Shown: positions 50,101 to 63,719 of the stretch, piece by piece
Numbering within the stretch: position 1 is the stretch's first letter
Layout: each line of letters starts with the position of its first letter
Origin: Malacoraja senta
Lineage: Eukaryota
Assembly: GCA_038087875.1 (NCBI GenBank)
Contig: JAXLNO010000456.1
Location: 1 to 64,000 of the forward strand
Length of the DNA stretch: 64,000 bases
Direction: 5' to 3'
Translations under genes and position numbers: made by a program
The notes under the pieces: generated by a model
The model's database searches: none
The model's input: only the letters and a program-made list of their open reading frames with translations
Told to the model about the DNA's origin: nothing

Positions 50101-50660
50101 TTCCCGTTAATTCTGGGGTCATTAACCATCCGTTTACTCTCATTCCCTTTAACTCTGTACTCGACTATCCCATTTGACACCCCACCCCCCTTATTCAGTT
50201 TAAAACCACCCGTGTAGCAGTGGCAAACCTGCCCGCCAAAATGCTGGTCCTCCACCTGTTAAGATTCAATCCATCCCTTTTGTACAGTTCCCCCTTACTC
50301 CAATAACAGATGCCAGTGATCTAAGAATTTAAATCCCTGCCCCCTGCACCAGTTCCTCAGCCACACATTCAGGTCCCGTATCTCCCTGTTCCTGCTCTCG
50401 CCAGCACGAGGAACAGGAAGCCAACTGGAGACAACAACCATGGAGTTCCAGTTTTTCAGCATTTTTCCGAGCTCTCTAAAGTCACGCTGCAGAATATTCA
50501 TCCCCTTCTTTCCAACATCGTTTGTGCCGACATGCACAACGACTTCCGGCTTTTCTGCACTCAGTCCGTGACATCCTGGATCCTGGCACCAGGAAGGCAG
50601 CACACCATCCTCAAATCCCGTCTTTTCGCACAGAAACCCCTGTCCGTACCTCTCACAATG
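47147..50660 (-). mobile_element. Long CR1 LINE including ORF1 esterase remnant, frameshifted
   Basis: SGNH-like VVVHVGTND..LDHW (50295-50669), EN (YMNARSI, GSDHN), RT, 3' UTR. Confidence 0.92.
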
Positions 50661-51539
50661 GACACACAAAATTAAGCCAAATGGCCACTACATACCGGCC
50701 CCTAATTGTTCTGCGTATATAACGAGGCAATTACTATTAGACATCAAAAAAGTAGCAATGAAGGCTTAATATATTTCAATAATAAAATGGAGCATGCATC
50801 ATATATCCGCATTTAGACTTCTTCAGCGATTCTTCTATCTTCACCTATGCCTTCTAGAAGCAAGCATAACTTGGTTATAGGTCTTATTAAAACATTGTTT
50901 TTAGTTTAAAGTCGTACCGTGCGCACGAAATGCCTTAACATCAGGTATGAAACCCAGTATACAGTCCAAAACACAAAAATCCAAAGTTTCGATAGCATGA
51001 AACTTCTTCCTCCATGTCCTATCAACTCATGGATATGTTGTAACAATAATGTTAAAGTGTAAAAATCCTTCGAGAGAATAATAGGATTTTTAGCAATAAC
51101 GTTCACTGTCAGGTTTTGTTTAATTTCCGGATCATTGGCAGCGATTTCAAATCCCAGCTCAAGTTTTAGCCATTACTTAGTCTGGTCCATTGATCAATCT
51201 ATTATTGCTTAAGAAGCGGTTTGCTGTCAGTCCTCTAGATGCTTCATCTGCAGGATTTTCTTTTGTGTTAACATACAGTATTTCCATTGTGAAACATTAG
51301 TAGCTCCCAATGCTCTTTCCATTGGCAAATTGTCTTTGTCCAAATCCAACTCTCTGGTCTCTTTGGCTATATCATCTGGTGGAATGCTTTCACGACTGTT
51401 GCTGATCCGCTTGGAAAGAGTAAATCCTCCCTTATTGCAGAGGGAAGTCAGAGGTTTTCCCACTTGAAGTGCTTCCTGCTCAGTAGACATGGATTTAAAG
51501 CAATCATCCACATAGAAATTATTCTTCAAAGTGGTGACA

Positions 51540-54500
51540 GGAACTGAAGGAAATCCACTTTAGGCAGGAAATGGTGTAGGATAGACTGATGGGAATGAAG
51601 GCTGATAAATCCCCAGGGCCTGAAGGTCTGCATCCCAGGGTACTTAAGGAAGTGGCTCTAGAAATCGTGGATGCATTGGTTATAATTTTCTAATGTTCTA
51701 TAGACTCAGGATCAGTTCCTGTGGATTGTGAGGTAGCTATTGTTATCCCACTTTTTAAGAAAGGCGGGAGAGAGAAAATGGGGAAATATAGACCAGTTAG
51801 CCTGACATCGGTGGAGGGGAAGATACTGGAGTCAATTATAAAAGATGAGATAGCCGCACATTTGGATAGCAGTAACAGGATCAGTCCGAGTCAGCATGGA
51901 TTTATGAACGGGGAAATCATACTTGACTAATCTTCTGGAATTTTTTGAAGATGTAACTAGGAAAATGGACAAGGGAGAGCCAGTGGATGTAGTGTACCTG
52001 GACATTCAGAAAGCATTTGAATAAGGTCCCACATAGGAGATTAGTGAGCAAAATTAGGGCACATGGTATTGGGGATAGAGTGCTGACATGGATAGAGAAG
52101 TGGTTGGCAGACAGGAAATAAAGAGTATGACCGATATGAGAAAAAACTTTTTCACACAGAGAGTGGTGAATCTCTGGAACTCTCTGCCACAGAGGGTAGT
52201 TGAGGCCAGTTCATTGGCTATATTTAAGAGGGAGTTAGATGTGGCCCTTGTGGCTAAAGCGATCAGGGGGTATGGAGAGAAGGCAGGTACGGGATACTGA
52301 GTTGGATGATCAGCCATGATCATATTCAATGGTGGTGCAGGCTCGAAGGGCCGAATGGCCTACTCCTGCACCTATTTCCTATGTATCTATGTATCTATGT
52401 AAAGAGTATGGATTAACGGGTCCCTTTCAGAATGGCAGGCAGTGACTAGTGGGGTACTGCAAGTCTTGGTGCTGGGACCGCAGCTATCTACAATATATAT
52501 CAATGATTTGGATGAAGGCATTCAAAATAACATTAGCAAATCTGCAGATGACACAAAGCTGGGTGGCAGTGTGAACTGTGAGGAGGATGCTATGAGAATG
52601 CAGGGTGACTTGGACAGGTTGGGGGAGCGGGCAGATGCATAGCAGATGAAGTTTAATGCGGACAACTGTGAGGTTATCCACTTTGGTAGCAAACACAAGA
52701 AGGCAGATTACTATCTAAATGGCTTCAAGTTGGGAAAAGGGGAAGTACAACGGGATCTGGGGGTCCTTGTACATCAGTCTATGAAAGTAAGCATGCAGGT
52801 ACAGCAGGCAGTGAAGAAAGTGAATGGCATGTTGGCCTTTGTAACAAGAGGAATCGAATATAGGAGCAAAGAAGTCCTTCTGCAGTTGTACGGAGCCCTA
52901 GTGAGACCATACCTGGAGTATTGTGTGCAGTTTTGGTCCCCTAATTTGAGGAAGGACATTCTTGCTTTTGAGGGAGTGCAGCGTAGGTTTACAAGGTTAA
53001 TTCCCCGGATGGCGGGATTGTCATATGCTGAGAGAATGTAGCCGCTGGGCTTGTACACTCTGGAGCATGGAGATCATACCTGGAGTATTGTGTGCATCCG
53101 TGGATAACGAGGGAAATCAGGGATAGTATCAAAGCAAAAGATGATGCGTACAAATTAGCCAGAAAAAGCAGCATACCAGAGGACTGGGAGAAATTCAGAG
53201 ACCAGCAGAGGAGGACAAAGGGCTTAATTAGGAAAGGGAAAATAGATTATGAAAGAAAATTGGCAGGGAACATAAAAACTGACTGCAAAAGTTTTTATAG
53301 ATATGTGAAGAGAAAGAGATTAGTTAAAACAAATGTAGGTCCCTTGCAGTCAGAAACAGGTGAATTGATCATGGGGAACAAGGATATGGCGGACCAATTG
53401 AATAACTGCTTTGGTTCCGTCTTCACTAAGGAAGACATAAATAATCTGCCGGAAATAGCAGGGGGCCGCGGGTCAAAGGAGATGGAGGAACTGAGTGAAA
53501 TCCAGGTTAGTCGGGAAGTGGTGTTGGGTAAATTGAATGGATTAAAGGCCGATAAATCACCAGGGCCAGATAGGCTGCATCCCAGAGTACTTAAGGAAGT
53601 AGCTCCAGAAATAGTGGATGCATTAGTGATAATTTTTCAAAACTCTTTAGATTCTGGCGTAGTTCCTGAGGATTGGAGGGTAGCAAACATAACCCCACTT
53701 TTTAAGAAGGGAGGGAGAGAGAAAACAGGGAATTACAGACCAGTTAGTCTAACATCGGTAGTGGGGAAACTGCTAGAGTCAGTTATTAAAGATGGGATAG
53801 CAGCACATTTGGAAAGTGGTGAAATCATTGGACAAAGTCAGCATGGATTTACGAAAGGTAAATCGTGTCTGACGAATCTTATAGAATTTTTCGAGGATGT
53901 AACTAGTAGCGTGGATAGGGGAGAACCAGTGGATGTGTTGTATCTGGACTTTCAGAAGGCTTTTGACAAGGTACCACATAAGAGATTAGTGTACAAACTT
54001 AAAGCACACGGTATTGGGGGTTCAGTATTGATGTGGATAGAGAACTGGCTGGCAAACAGGAAGCAAAGAGTAGGAGTAAACGGGTCCTTTTCACAATGGC
54101 AGGCAGTGACTAGTGGGGTACCGCAAGGCTCAGTGCTGGGACCCCAGCTATTTACAATTTATATTAATGAACTGGATGAGGGAATTGAAGGCAACATCTC
54201 CAAGTTTGCGGATGAAACTAAGCTGGGGGGCAGTGTTAGATGTGAGGAGGATGCTAGGAGACTGCAAGGTGACTTGGATAGGCTGGGTGAGTGGGCAAAT
54301 GTTTGGCAGATGCAGTATAATATGGATAAATGTGAGGTTATCCACTTTGGTGGCTAAAACAGGAAAGCAGACTGTTATCTAAATAGTGGCCGATTAGGAA
54401 ATGGGGATATGCAGCGAGACCTGGGTGTCATGGTACACCAGTCATTGAAAGTAGGCATGCAGGTGCAGCAGGCAGTGAAGAAAGCGAATGGTATGTTAGC

Positions 54501-55545
54501 TTTCATAGCAAAAGGATTTGAGTATAGGAGCAGGGAGGTTCTACTGCAGTTGTACAGGGTCTTGGTGAGACCACACCTGGAGTATTGCGTACAGTTTTGG
54601 TCTCCAAATCTGAGGAAGGACATTATAGCCATAGAGGGAGTGCAGAGAAGGTTCACCAGACTGATTCCTGGGATGTCAGGACTTTCATATGAAGAAAGAC
54701 TGGATAGACTTGGCTTATACTCGCTAGAATTTAGGAGATTGAGAGGGATCTTATAGAAACGTACAAAATGCTTATGGGGTTGGACAGGCTAGATGCAGGA
54801 AGATTGTTCCCGATGTTGGGGAAGTCCAGGACAAGGGGTCACAGCTTAAGGATAAGGGGGAAATCCTTTAAGACCGAGATGAGGAAAAACTTTTTCACAC
54901 AGAGAGTGGTGAATCTCTGGAACTCTCTGCCACAGAGGGTAGTTGAGGCCAGTTCATTGGCTATATTTAAGAGGGATTTAGATGTGGCCCTTGTGGCTAA
55001 AGGGATCAGGGGGTATGGAGAGAAGGCAGGTACGGGATACTGAGTTGGATGATCAGCCATGATCATATTGAATGGCGGTGCAGGCTCAAAGGGCCGAATG
55101 GCCTACTCCTGCACCTATTTTCTATGTATCTATGTATCTATCATATGCTGAGGAAGGATGAGAGGATATCTCATTGAAACATATAAGATTGTTAAGGGCT
55201 TAGACACACTAGAGGCAGGAAATATGTTCCCGGTGTTGGGGGAGTCCAGAACCAGGGGCCACAGTTTAAGAATAAGGAGTAAGCCATTTAGAACGGAGAC
55301 GAGGAAACACTTTTTCTCACTGAGATTCGCGAGTCTGTGGAATTCTTTGCCTCAGAGGGCGGTGGAGGCCGGTTCTCTGGATGCTTTCAAGAGAGAGCTA
55401 GATAGTGCTCTTAAAAATAGGGGATATGGGGAGAAGGCAGGAACGGGGTACTGATTAGGGATGGTCAGCCATGATCACATTGAATGCCGGTGCTGGCTCG
55501 AAGGGCCAAATGGCCTACTCCTGCACCTATTGTCTATTGTCTATT
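51540..55545 (+). mobile_element. Stack of three nested CR1 elements
   Basis: Outer CR1 (51540-52128, 52401-53065, 55141-55545); inner 3' fragment 52129-52400 with aagagtatg TSD; inner young CR1 ~53095-55140 with 421-aa ORF. Confidence 0.88.
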
Positions 55546-58500
55546 GTTATTACTTCCTCTGGAAAGTGAACTTTATTGTCCTCTGCTGTCTTCTTTAATG
55601 CAAAGTTCGCACAACTTGGTGATGACACTGCTCCAAACAGATGTACCTTCATCCGGTATTCAACAAGATATTGTTGTACATCCCCTTCAGGCCACCATAA
55701 GAATCACAGGTATTCAATGTGTTTTTCTGATACTTTGACTTGATAAAACATCACTCTGATATCAGCCATCAAAGCAATTGGCTCTTGTCTAAATTTAAAG
55801 AGAACTCCAATGAGTGAGTTGGTAAGGTCTGAACCTTGCAGTAGTTGACTGTTAAGTGATGTTACTTTGAAGACTGCAGCACAGTCAAATACCACCCTCA
55901 AGGTCCCTTTCTTCGAGTGATACACCCTATGGTGTGGAATGTACCGAAGCTCTCCATCACTTCGATTCAGTTGGTTTGTTGGTACCATTTCGGCATAATC
56001 ATTGTCAATCATATCCTTAGGAAAGACGCATATTACTCCTGAAATTTCGTATTCTTGCCAAACTTGCGTTTCAGATTCTGGGTGCGTTGCTCTGCCATAC
56101 AACGATTATTTGGCAGACTAACACTTTCTTGTTTGAAAGATAAGTCCAGACAATAGTGTCTGTCTATCATCTTTACTGAGTAATTCATAATATCCAAGAA
56201 CTTTAACTCTTCCCTGGACATTTCTTCAGATTCCTTACTGGTACTTTCATTGAAGTCATGATTGTATTGCTTGATCAACAACTTTTCTAATTTACTAGTA
56301 GATATTTGATTAACAGCAGCGGCAGGATAGTTCTTCCTGTTCCCGCTTTCATTCTACCTTCTCAAGGAGCCATAGATATCCCAAACTAGTAGGGTTTCCA
56401 CAGCAAACGGTCCATCACCTTGGCTCCTCACAATCTGTATAGGTTCCAATGGCTTCAAAGCATTAGTTCATATAAGTAGGGCGATACCAGAATTTGTTTT
56501 AGATATTTTGACATTTCAAGTAAGGCCCTTGTCTCATGTCCTCATGTCCGGCTATATTTTGATAAGCAACAGGCATGGTCTCATGTGTAAACACTTCAGA
56601 TATTGGTACAAAATTATGTTCATCCAGACTGGATATCTCCATACTTGTAAGGTAATGACTAATGCACTCCTTATGTTCATTCATGGTACGCAATCTAATC
56701 TTAATCTCTTCTCCTGTGATGTCCAGCCTTCTCATCAGGCTTTCTGTGCAAAAGGTAGCCGAACTTCCGTGATCCAATAATGCATATGTTTGCATATCAT
56801 TTGACAGCATCACTAGTAGCTGACTTCTCCTTCTGTTCTATTTGCCCTGGCTTCTTCTTTACAGTGTGAAGTGCTTAAGGATGATTTTGCTTGCACTTAT
56901 CACAAATTATAGGACTCTTACAGTCTTTAACCATGTGTCCTTTTTTCAAATATCCAAAACAGATTCCCTTCTCCTTTAAGAATTCCACCATTTCTTTATA
57001 TTCCTTCTTCTTGAATCTTCGACACCATATTATGGTGTGACCAACTTCATCACATAACGAACAAAATCATTTTTGCTTGATAGTAGATACATCTTTCATT
57101 CCACCTGTCGTTTTCACAGGTACTATAGCGGTAGCAAAACTTCCTCCCTTAGGTCCTGATCTTCCTTTTGTTTTGGTAAAGGAAGAACCTTTGACAGTTT
57201 CAAGTGGTTTATGATTTTCAATACTCCCGTGATGTGGATCTAATATGTACCTTACTTGCTTTTCCAAGAAATCCACCTGGTCAGGTAACATGGCTACTCG
57301 CTTCTGCTTATCCAATATTAGGCCTGCTTTATCTCCCCACTTTTCTCTAAGTCGTCTGGGCAGTTTTTGAATGATGGCTCTAGTATTACTAACAAGATTC
57401 ATCTCCTCTGTGTGGTTGAGATTTTCCATTGAGCTACAACAACCTCTAAGAAATATTGCAAAATCACTTATTGCCTCCACATCTTCTGCTTGATATCTTT
57501 CCAAGCCTAGGCCTTCTCCATGTATGCATTAGCAATCCTCTGTTCATTACCAAAACGTTCATTAAGTAACCTTCTTGCCTCTAGATAGCCTTGGCGGTCA
57601 GGCTTATTTTAACAAGTTTCTACAAGTACCTAAGCACTTCCGCTTGTGTAATGCACCAGAAATCGTAATCGCTCTTTTTCATCAGTATTTTCATTTCTAC
57701 TACTTCGTCAAATGCCATTATGAAAGCTTCATACCGCAAAGGATCACCATCATATGTAGGAATTTCTATTGGTGGCAGGGTGAAAGAGAGATTTTGTTTC
57801 ACTATGAGCTTGTTGAATTCAGCTTGATTCTCCGCCAATTTACGTATCCCTCTCAAGATTCTTGGCTTGGCGCAAACGAATGATAGACAGGTCTCTGATA
57901 ATAATACTGGCTTGCTCGAGCCTACATATCAGGCCTCAGAATAGCGTACTGAGCTGTTGGTTTGTCCTGAGCCTCTACAGATGCCCCATAAGTAGTTTGC
58001 AGACAAACAGGGACTTCTTCAGTTTGCTTCAGTCTTATTGATGAACATTGGTTGAATGTTCTAAAAACATCAGAATAGAAACTATAACAAACTGGACTTT
58101 CAGACAACATCCAAAATATTTTCGAAGTTTATAAGTGACATCAGTTCACAAAGAATGTGTCTTATCACGACTTCAAAACAACACAAGGAGAAGCACCTGG
58201 ATTTATCCAGGTTGAACTGGCAAACAAGCGCCTTGGTTTCTTTCCAAACTTTAGCAGAACTTAAACTTCTCCATACTCTTCCAGACTCGTCGAATTAAAG
58301 CGTCCCAGCTTCTGAATTCAGCATAGTATAATACTCACGATTCCGTGGTAAAGTCTTCCATCTCAAGATAAGTCATATGGCTGTCAATAAATCTCTAAGC
58401 CAGTCTCTGGCTGAGATCTATTGTCTTCAGTTCCTCTTCTGGAACTAATTCTTCGGGCCGAACATGTCACCGGAGATCCAGCCCAATCTTCTGTCCCTCT

Positions 58501-59309
58501 TCCTAGGGACGGATTCTACCACCTCCTGTCCGTAAGGTAGCTTTCGACTCGATATAGTGGCGGATTATTATATCGTTCAAGGGACTGCTCCCTCTGGCCA
58601 CTAGGGGAAAACACGGGGTATGGAGATAGTGTCGTATACGCATGGGAGCTCTCCACGAGACTTTCAAAACCGTCGAAAGATAAATCTTCAAACACAGTCT
58701 CTTGATTAATAGTTTCTTTATTGTCGAAGTAAAACATTAAGATATTCATCCAGACTGATCAGTGTTAGAAGGCTCCGCATGGCTCCGCATGTGGCTCTGA
58801 CGCTTCTCCAGAAAGCTCCGTATGGTCGAAAGATATGCTTTCCCGCCATGCTTCCTCCAAACTAAATTTAAAAAACTATAAGCTTCAGGCTAAGAATCCC
58901 AGCAGCAAACACGCCCCCCGACTACGTAATAAATCCCACCCACATAATTACAGGCAGACAAATTTAAAGGCACATGCCATAATTAATGACACCCAAAATT
59001 AAGCCAAATGGCCACTACAACGGGTACCATGTAATCCCATGCTACCTGCTCCATGGTCGGATAGTAGGCGACTAAATCGTCTCCCCCACCTGGTTTGCTA
59101 GGTGAGGGCTGTGGACCCCAGCAGGACCAAAAACAAGACCTGTCAAAGGGCGGATGAGCTTCTAGCGAGCCACTGTCATACATAGCATTGTGAGAAAAAC
59201 ATGAAATATAATTCTTCCCTCCTTGCTTCTCAAAAGGGAAGTTGTTAATTAAAAAAAAAATTAATTAATTAATGCATCGCGCTAGACAAACTAGCATTGA
59301 CCGCAGCCA

Positions 59310-59890
59310 GAGATGTAATGATGAGGCTCTTTCAGGTGCTGGCAAGGCCGCATTTGGAATTTTGTGAGCAATTTTGGACACCATATCTGAGGAAGGATGT
59401 GCTGGCTCTAGAGAAGGGCCTGAGGAGGTTTACAAGAATGATCCCAGGAATTAGTAGGTTAACCCATGATGAGCGTTTGTCGGCACTGGGCCTGTACTCA
59501 CTGGAGTTTAGAAGGATAAGGGGGAACCTCATTGAAGCATACAGAATAGAGAAAGGATTGGATAGTGTGGATTTAGAGAGGATGGTTCCACCAGTGGGAG
59601 AGTCTAGGACTGGCGGGCGTTCTTTGATGAAGGAGATGAGAAATGTATTTAGTCAGAGGGTGGTGAATCTGTGGAATTCTTTGCCACAGAAATCTGTGGA
59701 GCCCAATCAGTGGATATTTTTAAGGCAGAGATGGATAGATTCTTGATTAGCACAGGAGTCAGAGGTTATGGCGAGAAGGCAGGAAAATAGGTTTAGGAGT
59801 GAGAGATAGATCAGTCATGATTGAATGGAGGAGTAGACTTAATGGGCTGAATGGCCTAATTCTACTCCTATCAATTGTGACCTTATGACC
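59310..59890 (+). mobile_element. Older CR1 3' fragment
   Basis: RPHLEFCEQFWTPYLRKD; paralogous to 21300 and 35200. Confidence 0.8.
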
Positions 59891-61275
59891 TGATAAGGAT
59901 TGAAATCCGTTATCAATGAGCTGACCAGGATTGTTATCAAAATTTATGGACGACCTTCAGAGAAGAAAAATCTGTCCCTTAACTCGGTCTGACCTGTCAG
60001 GGACTGAAGTTTCTGGTGACTCAGAGTTACCCACTGTGGGAATCGAGAGGTTCACTGTTATTAATTGTCTATCATGTTGAGGCATTGCTTGAATTAGATT
60101 CATTAGGGAAACTAGTATTCACCTCAGTCTAGGCTTTTGTCTCAGTGGAAAACAACCAGCTACTTGTCCAGGCAAAGACCCTCTTGCACACATGCACCTG
60201 AGAATTTAGATTTTGCGCCCAATTTCTCCCTGCAATGTAAGTTCACCAACACTGAACTGAACAACACAAGCGACATCACATTGAATCTCTTCTGTTCCCT
60301 CTCCAGCACAAACACATCGTTCCTTGACTGTTCCTTGACATAATGCAGACAAGTATATTGTAAAGTTGCATTGTTATGTCCAACTCTTCTATTTTACACC
60401 CCCATATATGTGCGCAAACATGTCATGTGCCTTCCAAACTTTATGCAGCCATTTCAACTTTCTGGGAACTATGGCCTCATTTCGGGGCCATTCTGCTTAT
60501 CAACATTTCTCAGTGTCCAGCCACTTCTGGCATATGACCTGTCACTATTTGACGTTCATATATGTATCACCTTGCAGTTGTCACGATTAAATCCCATCTG
60601 CACATGGTCTGCCTACTTTCCATCTGACTTAGAGCATGCTGTGGTCTTGATAGCCTTCCACACAAAACAGAACACCATCAGTTTCCATGTCAGTACACAT
60701 GTACTTCTCATGCCTATGGCACAGAAAGTGGTCATTAATATATATCATAACCATCAACGTCCCCAGGCTGAAGACCACTGCGTACATATATCCAGTACCA
60801 TACCATAACTTATAATCACAAAACTATCCTGACGCCAAACCCTCCGCCTCCTTAGACCAAGTCAATCTTGGATCCAATTATCCAAGTCATATCGGATATC
60901 ATATGCCTTCTATTTCACCACTCGCCCACCATGAGGGAACATGTCCAATACCCCACGAAAGCCCATATATTGGTTTAGCCTGAGTTGAATGAATTCTTGG
61001 TTACAGGTCCGGGATCATTTCCACCCATGAATCCCCTCTCCTTCAGCGACCCTACAATCGCGAGCTTCCACACATTCTGTGTTGCACAAGGGCCATTCAA
61101 TCCCGACATTTTTCAGTGGTGGAAGCCACCCCTCCTTCAGTCTCGCCCTCTGCTGCAGAGAACATGAGCAGAAGGATCACAACTGGCATCTGAAAATGCC
61201 TCTATTCAGTGTGATGATGACGACTCTGCCCCAGGACTCAACTCCTCCTGTGTGCCAGTTCCACACTGGCCCCAA
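59890..61275 (+). repeat. Paralogous intronic segment matching ~21890-21970 and 29765-30960
   Basis: Collinear similarity, e.g. gcctgagttgaatgaattctt..gaagccacccctccttcagtctcgccct. Confidence 0.82.
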
Positions 61276-61279
61276 TTCT

Positions 61280-62270
61280 AGAAACATAGATAGAAACGTA
61301 GAAATTAGGTGCAGGAGGAGGCCATTCAGCCCTTCGAACCAGCACCGCCATTCATTGTGATCATGGCTGATCGTCCCCAATCAATAACCCGTGCCTGCCT
61401 TCTCCCCATATCACTTGATTCCACTAGCCCCTAGAGCTCTATCTAACTCTCTCTTAAATCCATCCAGTGATTTGGCCTCCACTGTCCTGTGTGGCAGGGA
61501 ATTCCACAAATTCACAACTCACTGGGTGAAAAGGTTTTTTTTCTCTCACCTCAGTCTTAAATGGCCTCCCCTTTATTCTAAGACTGTGGCCCCCTGGTTC
61601 TGGACTCGCCCAACATTGGGAACATTTTTCCTGCATCTAGCTTGTCCAGTCCTTTTATAATTTTATGTTTCTATAAGATCCCCCCCCCCTCATCCTTCTA
61701 AACTCCAGTGAATACAAGCCTAGTCTTTTCAATCTTTCCTCATATGACAGTCCCGCCATCCCAGGGATCAATCTCATGAACCTACGCTGCACTGCCTCAA
61801 TCACAAGGATGTCCTTCCTCAAATTAGACCAAAACTGTACACAATACTCCAGATGTGGTCTTACCAGAGCCCTATACAACTGCAGAAGAACCTCTTTACT
61901 CCTACACTGAAATCCTCTTGTTATGCAGGCCAACATCCCATTAGCTTTCTTCACTGCCTGCTGTACCTGCACGCCAACTTTCAGTGACCGGTGTACAAGG
62001 ACACCCAGGTCTCGCTGCACCTCCCCCTTATCTAACCTAACCCCATTGAGATAATAATCTGCCCCCTTGTTTTTTGCCACCAAAGTGGATAACCTTACAT
62101 TTATCTATATTATACTGCATCTGCCACACTTCTGCCCACTCACTCAACCTGTCCAGGTCACCCTGCAACCTCCTAACATCCTCTTCACAGTTCGCACTAT
62201 TATCCCAGGGATCAATCTGGTGAACCGACGTTGCACTGCCTCAATCACAAGGATGTCCTTCCTCATATTA
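61280..62270 (-). mobile_element. CR1 3' portion
   Basis: KANGML..RPHLEYCVQFW, 3' UTR and tail. Confidence 0.9.
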
Positions 62271-63006
62271 GGATTATGTTTATTGTGACAGCATAGAACT
62301 AGTGTGTGAACGGGCGTTGGATGGTCGGCATGGGCCGAAGGGCCTGTTTCCTATGCTGTGTGTCCACAACTACAAAGGTATGGGGTTACGCAGTGACCAG
62401 AGTCTCACAATTCTCCAATATTACATCCGATATCCTGCCTGCCTTTATAAATACTTCATGTTACCACTTACCATTCTCTGCCTCAGGTGGATGCAGGTTT
62501 TCTGGATGCTTTCAAGAGAGAGCTAGATAGGGCTCTTAAAAATAGCGGAGTCAGGGGATATGGGGAGAAGGCAGGAACGGGGTACTGATTTGGGATGATC
62601 AGCCATGATCACATTGAATGGCGGTGCTGGCTCGAAGGGCCAAATGGCCTACTCCTGCACCTATGTCTATTTATTATCTCAATCCGCTGCTTGGTAATCT
62701 GATTCCCTCTCCACCACCTAACAGCGAGATCGCGCAAAACTCTGCCCAACCGCTCCAAATGCCCACCGCAATCTCTCAATCGTCCTCTCTCTCTCTATTT
62801 ACACACATAATCCAACTCCGCCGCCCGACCCGCTCTGCAATCCACGAGCCTCCCCTTTTCTTGGTGAAATGTGGAGAAAGGGTTGTGTGTCCATCTCACG
62901 TAATTGGGTGACACCCCGGGCAAGGATTCAGTTGTCCGCCCGCCTGTGCCCGAGTCTCCCCCGACCCCCGGGGACTGACTCTCTGATTCTCTGCTTCTCC
63001 CCCCAG

Positions 63007-63539
63007 TCTCCGTCACCCTGGATGTGGAAACAGCGCATGCGCGGCTCGAGGTGTCTGAGGATCGGAAGAGGGTGAGATGGACCGGGACCGTGAGGAGTCT
63101 CCCTGACACCGGGAAGAGGTTTTACAGTGTATGCGTGTGTGCTGGGGATCGGAGGGATTCACATCGGGGAGACATTACTGGGAGGTGGAGGTGGCGGGGA
63201 GTCGGTACTGGAGTCTGGGAGTCGCCGCAGAGTCTGTGGAGAGGAAGAGACGGGTCACACAGACCCCGGAGACTGGAGTCTGGAGGATCAGGCGGTTGGA
63301 TGACGTGTTTGTTGCATTCACCTCCCCTCATCCCGTCTCCCCGCCCGTCCCATCCCCGGGAGGGTGGGAGTTTATCTCAGTTACGAGTCCGGGACAGTTT
63401 CATTTTACGACGCGGACACCAAGTCCCATCTCCACACCTTCACTGGAATAAATTCACGGAGAAACTTTATCCTTTCTTCAGGCCTTGGAAGGAAAACCTG
63501 TGGCTGAGAATCTGCTCCGGTTCCGCTCCGGGTGTGTAA
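63007..63539 (+). CDS. TRIM-B terminal exon, B30.2 (PRY-SPRY) domain; four 1-bp indels in the given sequence
   Basis: cccag|TC TCC GTC ACC CTG GAT: VTLDVETAH..LEVSEDRK..KRF, GSEGFTSGRHYWEVEV..WSLGVA, RVGVYLSYESGTVSFY, FTEKLYPFF; TAA 63537-63539. Confidence 0.9.
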
Positions 63540-63675
63540 AAGGGTCGGGTCCCGGCACCGGCGTCAGGAGCGGGGCTCAGAGGCTGTGGGGCAGAAACCC
63601 GGTGGACAACAGGTCGGCGCTGAACGGCTCCCATTTAATCCCCAAATCCGGGTCGTAAAACCCAGTGAGCGCGGA

Positions 63676-63719
63676 AATAAAACCTGGGGGAATGTAAATG
63701 TGGGGAAGAGTGAAATAAA
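63676..63719 (+). terminator. Polyadenylation signals of TRIM-B
   Basis: AATAAA at 63676-63681 and 63714-63719 downstream of the stop. Confidence 0.55.

Larger units (their letters stand above)
47007..59019 (-). mobile_element. Degenerate BEL/Pao LTR retrotransposon with nested CR1 insertions
   Basis: LTRs start TGTAGTGGCC at 59019 and 50692 (the latter split by CR1 and continuing 47146-47007); PPT-like GGGGCCGGTA; gag, TYALLDHGSS protease, YIPHH..RVVFDCA, FYVDD RT, integrase remnants. Confidence 0.85.

Noticed and set aside
50295..50669. Stand-alone GDSL/SGNH esterase gene
   Set aside because: Known CR1 ORF1 esterase domain, contiguous with CR1 ORF2
44613..63539. Assigning a specific gene symbol (TRIM39/TRIM27/TRIM69)
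   Set aside because: Lineage-expanded family; orthology cannot be determined by eye
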